From Pyrolobus fumarii 1A (GTDB lineage Archaea > Thermoproteota > Thermoprotei_A > Sulfolobales > Pyrodictiaceae), in the NCBI RefSeq assembly GCF_000223395.1, contig NC_015931.1, positions 1,050,001-1,082,000 of the forward strand: a stretch of 32,000 nt of DNA, read 5' to 3'. Under the pieces are notes generated by a model, which was not told the DNA's origin, made no database searches, and saw only the letters and a program-made list of their open reading frames with translations. Every line of letters starts with the position of its first letter. Position 1 is the first letter of the stretch. The position numbers were made by a program, and so were the translations under genes. Shown here piece by piece: positions 16,675 through 24,490 of the stretch.

Positions 16675-17478
16675 TCATTGCCCGGTGCCGGTGCTAGCCT
16701 CTCGCCACAGCCTCTCGAAGAACTCCACGTGGGCCCTCACAAGGTCCCTGTTAGTGCTGTACAGTGCAATCATCTCCCTCCCGGGGTTCAAGACTATCAG
16801 TATCTCCTCGTCATCGACTATCATCATCGACGAGTATGTGAAGGGGTACCTCCGGTAGGCTATCCCGTACCTCTCGAACACCTCGATACACTTCTCCGTC
16901 AGCTCGCCTAGGACGAGCAGCCTAACCCCCCTCCTGGCCAGATGCTCTATCGCTGGGAGACAGTTTATCACTAGGAACGGCCTATAGCCGGCCACCCTTA
17001 CGCTCCTAGAGGCCCTGCCCAGTATCTCAGCCGCCTTGCTCCTAACCGCCGCCTCGCCCCTGATTATCACAGTGTCTAGGGCTCCCCTCGAAGACCCGTA
17101 TGGCTCGACGCTGGCGAGCTTCTCCACTAGCGCGTCAGCCAGCCTCCTCTTCCTGTCAAGCTCCTCCCTAAACCGGGCCTCGAGGTAGCCGACGAGGTTG
17201 CTCAGCGCCAGCCTAGGCTCAACCGCCTTGTACAACTTAGGCCTCTGATGGATAACCATCACTAGGCCCTTCTCCTCGAGCGAGGATAGCACGTCATACA
17301 CCCTCGTCAGTGGTATCCTCGCGGCCTCCGCTACCGTGGAGGCTGGAGCCTCCCCCAGCCTAAGGAGCGCTATGTACGCGCGCGCCTCGTACCTATTGAG
17401 CCCCAGCTCGATCAGCTCGCTTACCAGCTGCTCCTCCACGCCACGTCCACCCGCTGACGGCTTGGACCCTTCCTGCAT
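16675..17478 (-). CDS. TrmB-family transcriptional regulator
   Basis: LGLNRYEARAYIALLRLGEAPASTVAEAARIPLTRVYDVLSSLEEKGLV is the TrmB wHTH, followed by a coiled-coil arm and a C-terminal domain. Start is the ATG at 17478 or the TTG at 17505. Confidence 0.85.
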   Translation of the reverse strand: MQEGSKPSAGGRGVEEQLVSELIELGLNRYEARAYIALLRLGEAPASTVAEAARIPLTRVYDVLSSLEEKGLVMVIHQRPKLYKAVEPRLALSNLVGYLEARFREELDRKRRLADALVEKLASVEPYGSSRGALDTVIIRGEAAVRSKAAEILGRASRSVRVAGYRPFLVINCLPAIEHLARRGVRLLVLGELTEKCIEVFERYGIAYRRYPFTYSSMMIVDDEEILIVLNPGREMIALYSTNRDLVRAHVEFFERLWREASTGTGQ

Positions 17479-17550
17479 CGGTTCTCTCGCAGCACGCCTC
17501 AGCAAGCCTATATCGCTCTCATTTCACCACTATCGAGTGGTGAAGAACGA

Positions 17551-18318
17551 GTGCTGTATATAGTGGACGCCCACACCCATGCTCACTTCCTACCAGACCG
17601 TGACCTAGAGCTCATGTACTTGGCTGGCGTGAGGGAGCTAGTCATTTGCAGCTTTGTCCCACTCGCCAGGCGCGCGGAGACACTCATGGATCATTTCGAG
17701 GAGATGGTCTACCTCCACAAGCAGCGCCTATCGGAGATGGGGTTCGCGGTCCACGTGTTCATAGGGATACACCCGAGGAACATCGTCGGGGGGTGGCGGA
17801 GGCTAATCCCGGTGATCGAGGAGTTCGTCTCCAAGGGGCTAGTGAACGGCATAGGCGAGGTTGGCCTAGAGATTGGAGACGCGACCGAGGTTGAGGTTCT
17901 CCGCGAGCAGCTAAGGATAGCCAGGGAGTATGGGTTGCCCGTCATCATACACACACCCAGGGACAACCGCGTATCGATCGTCAAGAGGATAGTCGAGGTT
18001 GTTAGAGAGACGCGTATAGAGCCCAGCAGGGTCGTCATAGACCACGTCAGCGACGACATAATAGATGCTGTTAACGCGGCGGGCGCGGTCCCGGGCCTCA
18101 GCATCAAACCAGGGCTATTGTCGCCCTGCGACATCGCAGAGAGGCTGGAGAGGTACGAGAACGGGGTCCTCAACAGCGACTCTATACACATAAACGATAC
18201 TGATCCACTTGCGGTGCCCAGGACGGTAGCTTACCTCGAGAGGGTGCTTCAGGGCGAACACTCCGTGATCGAGAGGCTAGCGTATTCTAACGCATGCGAG
18301 TGGCTGAGAGGCAACTGA
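17551..18318 (+). CDS. TatD-family metal-dependent hydrolase
   Basis: N-terminal IVDAHTHAHF (H-x-H), GIGEVGLE and VIIHTP motifs. 255 aa with a GTG start. Confidence 0.85.
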   Translation: MLYIVDAHTHAHFLPDRDLELMYLAGVRELVICSFVPLARRAETLMDHFEEMVYLHKQRLSEMGFAVHVFIGIHPRNIVGGWRRLIPVIEEFVSKGLVNGIGEVGLEIGDATEVEVLREQLRIAREYGLPVIIHTPRDNRVSIVKRIVEVVRETRIEPSRVVIDHVSDDIIDAVNAAGAVPGLSIKPGLLSPCDIAERLERYENGVLNSDSIHINDTDPLAVPRTVAYLERVLQGEHSVIERLAYSNACEWLRGN

Positions 18319-18398
18319 AGCGCAGGGAGCCACGCCCTGGTTGCCCTATGCCTCGCGGGCGGCGAGCGCCAAGGTGGACGTGAAGATTTGGTGATAGG

Positions 18399-19367
18399 AT
18401 GGAGCATGGGCTCGACGGGCTCAGCCTGAAGGTCCTTCTACACCTCTACGAGTATGGCCCGGACACGCCCAAGCTGATGTGCAGGAGGCTGCTAGGCGAA
18501 AGGACCCAGCTGGACCCCGCGCTGCTGGAGCGTGTGCTGGAGGCCATCGCGGAGAAAGGCCTCGTTAAAAGGATGCAATCGAAGACCGTGCCGAAGAACA
18601 CGGCGACCTCCAGCATAAAGCCCTGGATCAAGGTGAGGGTGAAGAGCAGCGAGGTGAGGAGACACGGCCAGTACTACGAGTTGGCCAGGGAGGGCGAGAA
18701 GCTCGCCAAGAGGGTTAGAGACCTGCTAAGGAGCATGGCAGGCGGCGAGGGTGTACAGCCCCACGTGCTACTATCACTGAGCCCACTCCACACGTACATC
18801 CTGCTACACCTTAGGATGACTTGCACCGACTACGCCAAGTCCATAGCGAGGACGGTGAAGATGCCGATTGAGGATGTCGTGCTGACGCTCGATAGGCTCG
18901 AGGAGCTGGGGCTCATAGAGAGGGTGCACGGCTCCGCCCTGAAACGCACCGAAGCCAAGCTCAAGCTAAGCCACGAGGTGAGGAAACACCACACGTACTA
19001 CAAGCTCTCCAGGAGCGGAGAGATGCTCGTAAGAAGCGTGAAGAGACACGGCCTCATCGAGAAATGGCTAGCGCTCATAACCGGGCACAGCAAGGCACAC
19101 CAGCTGCTACAGTTCCTAAGCGAAGCCGAACACGAGCACATAGTGGCGATAGCCCAGGCCCTCTCGCTACAACTCGAAGAGGCACAGAGGCTCATAGACA
19201 AGCTCATAGAGCTGGGACTAGTAGCCGAGACGAAACCAAAAGTGCTGAAGATGAAGCATAGGAGAGCCAAGCCCAAGAAGGAGACCAGATGCCTACACAG
19301 GTACTACAGGCTCACCCGGCTAGCAGAGCTCCTCATAAGATACTCGACACGAGCAAGAGAAGACTAG
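18399..19367 (+). CDS. Protein built from three tandem winged-helix repeats with long basic wings
   Basis: Three ~90-100-aa repeats. Each ends ...E(K/L)GL(V/I)... basic stretch ...H-x-YY-x-L-(A/S/T)R (HGQYYELAR, HHTYYKLSR, HRYYRLTR). The ATG is preceded by GGTGAT. Confidence 0.7.
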   Translation: MEHGLDGLSLKVLLHLYEYGPDTPKLMCRRLLGERTQLDPALLERVLEAIAEKGLVKRMQSKTVPKNTATSSIKPWIKVRVKSSEVRRHGQYYELAREGEKLAKRVRDLLRSMAGGEGVQPHVLLSLSPLHTYILLHLRMTCTDYAKSIARTVKMPIEDVVLTLDRLEELGLIERVHGSALKRTEAKLKLSHEVRKHHTYYKLSRSGEMLVRSVKRHGLIEKWLALITGHSKAHQLLQFLSEAEHEHIVAIAQALSLQLEEAQRLIDKLIELGLVAETKPKVLKMKHRRAKPKKETRCLHRYYRLTRLAELLIRYSTRARED

Positions 19368-19463
19368 CAACCCCCGCTGTACTACGCAGCGCCACAGCCC
19401 ATGCTAGCACTCAGAGCATGCTACGATAGAGGTGGGCGAGGCTGGTGTTCTGTCCAGTCAAGG

Positions 19464-19886
19464 CTATTGTTGGTGATATGGGGTTAGGCTGGGGTGTAGC
19501 TTGGGGAGGAGCCCGCTTGTCTCTACAGTTGCGATATAGTCTATGCCGTAGGTCTTCGCTACCACTATGCTCGTGGAGTCTGTGAAGCTGAGGCCGGGGT
19601 AGTGGCTCTTGTAGACGCGCCACGCCTCGAGCACGATGTCGAGCGTTACGGGGATTATATGGAGGATTCTCTTCTCGAGGAGCAGCTCTCCTAGCTTCAG
19701 CCCCGCGTCGCCCGGTAGGCGTGCAGCCGCGTAGGATAGCACCTCATCGATTATGTAGTCGGTCGTGTAGGGCGGCCCCCACCTGCCCTCCAACACCTCC
19801 CGCATGAGCCTCGACGCCCACCGGTGGTGCCTATCCCTCTTGTTGAACGAGGCTATGATGAAACCCGTGTCTAGGAGGATGCTCAA
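19464..19886 (-). CDS. vapC: PIN-domain ribonuclease, VapC-type toxin
   Basis: MSILLDTGFIIA (first acidic residue) and later conserved acidic positions. 140 aa. Its start overlaps the upstream antitoxin stop by 4 nt (ATGA). Confidence 0.85.
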   Translation of the reverse strand: MSILLDTGFIIASFNKRDRHHRWASRLMREVLEGRWGPPYTTDYIIDEVLSYAAARLPGDAGLKLGELLLEKRILHIIPVTLDIVLEAWRVYKSHYPGLSFTDSTSIVVAKTYGIDYIATVETSGLLPKLHPSLTPYHQQ

Positions 19887-20161
19887 GAGTATAGCACCCG
19901 GTCTACCTCCTCGGAGGCGTCCTCCGGGCCCTCGAAGCTATACTCGCGGAGCAGCTCCTCAGCCTCCTCCCCCCGAAGCGGCCTCCAGCCGCCCATCAGC
20001 TCGGCTATCAGCTCGCCTCGACGCCTCGCAGCGAGCCTCACTGCCGCCGCGAGTATATCCTGGAGGTTGAACTTCACGCCGGTCTCGAGGAGCAGCCTTG
20101 CCTGCAGCTCCTCGAGAACCCTCTTCGCCGCCGCGTCTATCTTCACGCTCACATACGACAT
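19883..20161 (-). CDS. vapB: Putative VapB-type antitoxin
   Basis: 92 aa from the ATG at 20161 (MSYVSVKIDAAAKRVLEELQARL...), with an acidic C-terminus. It is translationally coupled to vapC. The longer track ORF (to 20263) is probably an over-extension. Confidence 0.65.
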   Translation of the reverse strand: MSYVSVKIDAAAKRVLEELQARLLLETGVKFNLQDILAAAVRLAARRRGELIAELMGGWRPLRGEEAEELLREYSFEGPEDASEEVDRVLYS

Positions 20162-20478
20162 CGGCTCCACCCGGTGGAATACTCTACTATGGACACCCTC
20201 ATAAAAGCAGGCTTGTGCACCAAGTAACTGGGAGCAACGCATCACGTGAGGAGCGGTTTTCAACGAGTTTTGTCGTGATAGCTGGGTTCGTTAGGAGCAG
20301 CCTCAACTAGAACCCGTTTTATGCAACCTAGGAGGCTCTACTTGCGTCCACTCGTCTACCAGCAGACAAGAGATGCGCATAGTATGCTAGTCCTAAGCCC
20401 CTATCATGCAAATCCCGTAGATAAGGTCGGTGAGGCTAAGGTCGCGGAGCGAGTTTACCGCTAGAGGGTATAGAGGCT

Positions 20479-20844
20479 TTAATATCGTTGTAAAGCGGTG
20501 AGCCCCATGGAACGCCCGGCAGTGATCCCGTCACACCTGCCGCTAGGAAAGCTCTGAGACCTCGGGCTCGACAGGAGCCCTAGGCGGTAAGCTTCTACTG
20601 CGTTGCGTAGCTCAGGGTCGGGCCCCGTGAGGAGAGCCCCGAGAAACGTGTGCATATAGCTGTGGAGGGGATAGTGTAGTCCGAGCACTAGTACCGCCAG
20701 AGGCTCTATATCGAGGATTACATTCGCAGCTATGAGGGTTGGGGCGTGGATAAAACGCCTCTCGAGGGTAATCCAATGGCTGGCGCTAAGCCGAGATGAT
20801 AGAGCGTAAACGGCAACCCCCGGAGAGTTCCTACACTCACTCAA
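20479..20844 (-). pseudogene. Possible remnant of a DUF4184-like membrane metal-hydrolase gene
   Basis: Only the segment LIAANVILDIEPLAVLVLGLHYPLHSYMHTFLGALL looks protein-like (a PD.E...H...H..G pattern). The rest is Ser/Arg/Gly-rich, and no frame continues the hydrophobic protein. Confidence 0.25.
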
Positions 20845-21114
20845 TGATTATGCATGTCGGGGAAAGAGTTGCTCGAGGCCAGGCATGCCAGCCCTAGGTG
20901 TACTTGTTGCCGTCAGAGTATAGGCCCGTGATGGACGCCGTGTTAACCCTTGGCGATATTGTGGGCTCCCCGAAGAGCCTCCGAAGAGTATACGCTATAC
21001 TACTTTCATCAATTGAGAAAACGAATTAGATGCTTGTGAGCTTGTTGTTCTCAGACTCTACGCGCCACCCGGATAAACCCCCGTGGGTGGGATGTACGGA
21101 GGTGTCTACACCTG

Positions 21115-21495
21115 GTGTCTCCTATAGTCGATAGGCTTGTTGAGGAGCTGAGGGCTAACCCTGAGAAGAGGGCGAAGCTAGCCAGGCTGCTAGCGCTCGA
21201 CATAGCTGCGGAGGAGAGCCTGAGAACACTCCTGCTGGAGGCTCTTCTGCGTGAAGCTGTGACAAAGAGAGACCTAAAGGAGTTGGAGGATAGGATGGAG
21301 AAGAGGCTGGATGGCATAGAGAGGAGGATAGATAGTGTGGAGAGGAGGATAAAGAAGCTAGAAGAGAAGATATCATCGGTGGAGGAGAGGATAGTCTCGA
21401 TCTTCAAGTGGATGATAGGCCTCCTCGTAACCATCTGGCTTACGCTACTAGCGCTACTGCTACCCGTGATCATCAAGCTAGGACTGGCAGGCTAG
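21115..21495 (+). CDS. Coiled-coil protein with a C-terminal TM anchor
   Basis: Heptad-like repeats (LEDRMEKRLDGIERRIDSVERRIKKLEEKISSVEERI) followed by WMIGLLVTIWLTLLALLLPVII. GTG start at 21115. Confidence 0.6.
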   Translation: MSPIVDRLVEELRANPEKRAKLARLLALDIAAEESLRTLLLEALLREAVTKRDLKELEDRMEKRLDGIERRIDSVERRIKKLEEKISSVEERIVSIFKWMIGLLVTIWLTLLALLLPVIIKLGLAG

Positions 21496-21968
21496 GACAT
21501 CGAATAGTCTCAACCTCCATACTAGTAAAGCCTACTCTAAACCCCACTGCTCCATTAGGCGTAGCTCCGGGGCTGCTTCTAGCCGAGGTTGCTGGGGGTC
21601 CCAGTCCGGCTTCCGCCAGCCCCTCTGGTGAGAGGCCTGGCCCGAGACAGTGTCGAGATCGCTAGTGGCTATTTGCGTAATGATGAGAAGTACAGCTTTT
21701 GCTTTCCCGACTTTTCCCATTCTCCCTATCTGAAAGTCTCTAGGCACTCGTGTAGTTCTCTACCTCGAGGTGGGGTTGGGACTTTGACTGTTGCACCAGA
21801 GGAGGCTTGTGTTCTGGCCTCCGGGTCTCGGGGTCACACCACAGCGTATACTATAGCTGGGATGTTGTACAGCGGGTTGTTAATGGTAGTACTGTGACAT
21901 TGGTGTACCATAGTAAGGCTGGTCAATGCTTAAGGTGTACGTTCGCTTGGAACTGCTTGGGTGTTCAC

Positions 21969-22205
21969 GTGCGGGTGGTTGTCAGGGTTTTGAGGAAGAG
22001 GCAGGTGACGATACCGAAGGAGGTTGCCGATCTGCTGGATATACGTGAGGGCGACTATCTAGTCATGCGTGTCGAGGATGGGCGTCTGGTCGTCGAGAAG
22101 GTTGATCCTCTTGACATGCTGAGGGGGTTCCTGGCGGAGAGGAGCGGGAAGGGTCTAGCGGAGGAGATTGACCGTGAGCGTAGGTTATCCGAGAGGGAGC
22201 TCTAG
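21969..22205 (+). CDS. AbrB/SpoVT-domain antitoxin (VapB-type)
   Basis: VLRKRQVTIPKEVADLLDIREGDYLVMRVEDGRLVVEKV is the swapped-hairpin AbrB motif. Start inferred at the GTG at 21969 (alternatives 21975 and 21990). The track ORF starts at 21807. Confidence 0.8.
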   Translation: MRVVVRVLRKRQVTIPKEVADLLDIREGDYLVMRVEDGRLVVEKVDPLDMLRGFLAERSGKGLAEEIDRERRLSEREL

Positions 22206-22601
22206 GTGCTTCTACGACACGAATGTTGTAGCCGCGTATATCCTGGGTGAGGAGGGTCGGGTAGAGATCGCCGAGCGGGTCCTCCGTAGCTGCGCGGCGA
22301 GAGGCATATCGGTGATAACGTTGCATGAGCTGGCTTACATCGCCTTGAAGAGGGGCTTGAGAAGAGGCTAGGCGAGGCGATAATCCTCCTCGAGAGGGTG
22401 TTCAAGATTCACGAGTTGGCGCGGGGTGCCGCGTTGACGGCGGCTCGCATTAGACTGGAGCGTGGTGTCCCGGAGGTGGATTCGCTTATACTAGCCACGG
22501 CTGTAGAAGCTGGGTATGACACCTTCTACACGTTCGACGTTGACTTCAGGAGGCTCAACGGAGAGACTATTGGGCAGACCAAGATCGTATACCTAGGGTA
22601 G
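22168..22601 (+). pseudogene. Frameshifted PIN-domain (VapC) toxin gene
   Basis: The N-terminal half (CFYDTNVVAAYI...ITLHELAYIALKRG) is in frame 1 and stops at 22369-22371. The C-terminal half (...LEKRLGEAIILLERVFKIHEL...EVDSLILATAVEAGYDTFYTFDVDF) is in frame 0, open from 22329. One indel within 22329-22371 restores a ~140-aa PIN protein. Confidence 0.75.
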
Positions 22602-22786
22602 CACGCCTAGACTTATACCCTGTGTCAGTCCCGGCTGCAGCTCTCTATTCCTTGCGCTCCTAAGGTTCTTACCGCCCTTACGAGTACGGATGAAGAGTAT
22701 AGGTAGCGCATGGCATATGTTTGTGTGTTGAGTAGCGGGTTAACACTCTTTGGCAGATAAGCTACACTCTTGTTGTTTCTTGAGCG

Positions 22787-22792
22787 TATATA
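22787..22792 (+). promoter_or_regulatory. TATATA box upstream of the TauE-like gene
   Basis: A perfect TATATA in an A/T-rich stretch. A TSS about 26 nt downstream would fall near 22816, just before the in-frame ATC at 22820. Confidence 0.4.
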
Positions 22793-22819
22793 GAAAGTAC
22801 AACAAAAATAGCGCATAAC

Positions 22820-23566
22820 ATCGCCGCGGCCGCGTTTCTAGCTATAGGTGTCGCCGCGGGTCTAGTTGGGACCCTGCTGGGGCTTGGCGGGGGTAGCATT
22901 GTCTCGCCGCTCCTCATACTCTGTGGCGTGGAGCCCCGTGTGGCTGTACCCGCTAGCCTAGTATCCGTCGTCGCTACGAGCCTCGGTGGCATACTCCATT
23001 TGTATAGAAACGGGCTGATCCGTGTAGGGGTCGCTGTCTTCCTCGAGACTGCCTCCATGCTCGGTTTTATCGTTGGCACGTTGGTTGCGGTGCGGCTCCC
23101 CGCCAGGAGCATAGTCCTGCTGGTGGCCCTCGTGCTCCTCGTCTCCGCGTTGCTATTCGCGTCTCAACCGGTGGAGAGCGAGAGGAGGCCACCCCTGGGC
23201 CGCGTCATGTCCTACACTCTCGTGTGGCTGGCTAGCCTCGCGACTGGAGCGGTCACAGCAACCACTGGGATAGGTGGGGGCGCGCTACGCACCCCACTCC
23301 TGACGCTCCTACTCGGCCTCGGGTTGAAGGCCACGATTGCGACAAGCAGGGTGATGACCGGGGCCACGGCGGCCGTTGGCGTCATAGTCCACGGCCTCCT
23401 CGGCCACGTGGATCTGTTGGTGGTTGTCCTGCTCGCACTGGGCGCCTATATGGGTGCGGGCATAGGCACGAGGATACTCGTCCAGGCCAGACCAGCCAGC
23501 GTGAAGAGAATAGTATCCGTGATCTACGTGGCTCTCTCGTTGGCACTACTCACGCACACCCCGTGA
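22820..23566 (+). CDS. TauE/SafE (DUF81) family anion-exporter membrane protein; start codon unresolved
   Basis: The family motif appears twice: GLVGTLLGLGGGSIVSPLL at 22859-22915 and TTGIGGGALRTPLL later in the protein. The first copy lies upstream of the first canonical start (GTG at 22928) in the same open frame. The minimal canonical ORF is 22928-23566. Confidence 0.7.
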   Translation: MAAAAFLAIGVAAGLVGTLLGLGGGSIVSPLLILCGVEPRVAVPASLVSVVATSLGGILHLYRNGLIRVGVAVFLETASMLGFIVGTLVAVRLPARSIVLLVALVLLVSALLFASQPVESERRPPLGRVMSYTLVWLASLATGAVTATTGIGGGALRTPLLTLLLGLGLKATIATSRVMTGATAAVGVIVHGLLGHVDLLVVVLLALGAYMGAGIGTRILVQARPASVKRIVSVIYVALSLALLTHTP

Positions 23567-23758
23567 AGCCTACGCGTTGCCCAACCACAGACAGTCGGGC
23601 GCCCGGCGCAAAGCCGTGGAGCTACAAGCACTGCAAGACGGACAAGGTTGTGGTATGCAACTCGGCCTCGGCGGGCAACCGGCGGCTGGAAGAGCATGTG
23701 AGTAGTCAAAGCGGATATGGCGTTCGTTGCCGGTACTCTCTGGGTGCTGCTGGTGACC

Positions 23759-24280
23759 GTGATTAACATCCCTGGGCGGCTGCCGGAGGCTATCAGGAGG
23801 AGGGGTTTCGACCCCGAGTCTTTCATCATCGAGGCTGTCGAGGAGAAGCTGGGTCTCGATCCCCGCGAGGAGCTGGAGGCTCGTGTTGCTGTAGCCGAGC
23901 ATATGCTTCGGCGTGCTAGGGATGTGCTCGAGAAGGGCGATGCCGTGCAGGCTAGCGAGAAGCTCTACAAGGCGGTGGAAGAGTGCATCAAGGTGCTTGC
24001 TTGCCTCGAGGGCCTCGAAGAATGCCGTAGGGCTAGAGAGGAGGGTGGCGGGTGGTCGGGGCTCCTCGCGAGGGCGGCTTCCAGGCTCTCAAGGGTGCTT
24101 GGAGAGCAGCTGGTCATCCAGGCTTGGGAGGCGGGCTACAACCTACACGTCCACGGGTTCCACGAGCACGCGTTTGACCCCGAGGATGTGAAGCAGAGAC
24201 TACCGCTCATAGAGGGACTCGTGGAGTACACGAGGAGCAGACTACGAGAGAAGAAGCGCGGCGAACCGGGGCGACGATAA
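23759..24280 (+). CDS. PaREP1-family protein (HEPN-like helical protein)
   Basis: VINIPGRLPEAIRRRGFDPESFIIEAVEEKLGLDP...GDAVQASEKLYKAVEECIKVLA...NLHVHGFHE matches the PaREP1 pattern as I remember it. GTG at 23759 preferred; the ORF is open from the ATG at 23717. Confidence 0.75.
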   Translation: MINIPGRLPEAIRRRGFDPESFIIEAVEEKLGLDPREELEARVAVAEHMLRRARDVLEKGDAVQASEKLYKAVEECIKVLACLEGLEECRRAREEGGGWSGLLARAASRLSRVLGEQLVIQAWEAGYNLHVHGFHEHAFDPEDVKQRLPLIEGLVEYTRSRLREKKRGEPGRR

Positions 24281-24490
24281 CGGCCACGTGCTTTTGTCGT
24301 GTTAAGCACATGCTACCATCGCTATCCGCTCTTGGGCACCTCCTACCGGATGGGTAGGGGGGATGAGCGTTGAGAATACCGTGTATGTACCGTTGAGCTT
24401 CTGGTGCAGGCCTCGGGACGGGGCTGGGGGCTACACCGGAGGCCGTTGAGCGCCTATAGAATGGGCCCAGCATGGGGCTTTGGGTTGGAG

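Noticed and set aside
20999-21027. CTTTCATCAATTGAGAAAACGAAT, whose reverse complement ends GATGAAAG like crenarchaeal CRISPR repeats (ATTGAAAG).
   Set aside because: It is a single copy only. There is no second repeat or regular spacing anywhere in the window, and no cas genes.
21680-21733. Candidate C/D-box sRNA: AUGAUGA at 21680-21686 and CUGA at 21730-21733, 43 nt apart.
   Set aside because: No recognisable internal D' or C' boxes, and no complementary terminal stem flanking the boxes. Box-like heptamers are expected by chance.
19400-24490. Search by eye for a direct repeat of the tRNA-Gly 3' half (att-like) and for an integrase.
   Set aside because: Neither was found, so I do not call a mobile element. 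Only the weaker statement of an accessory patch is retained in the findings.
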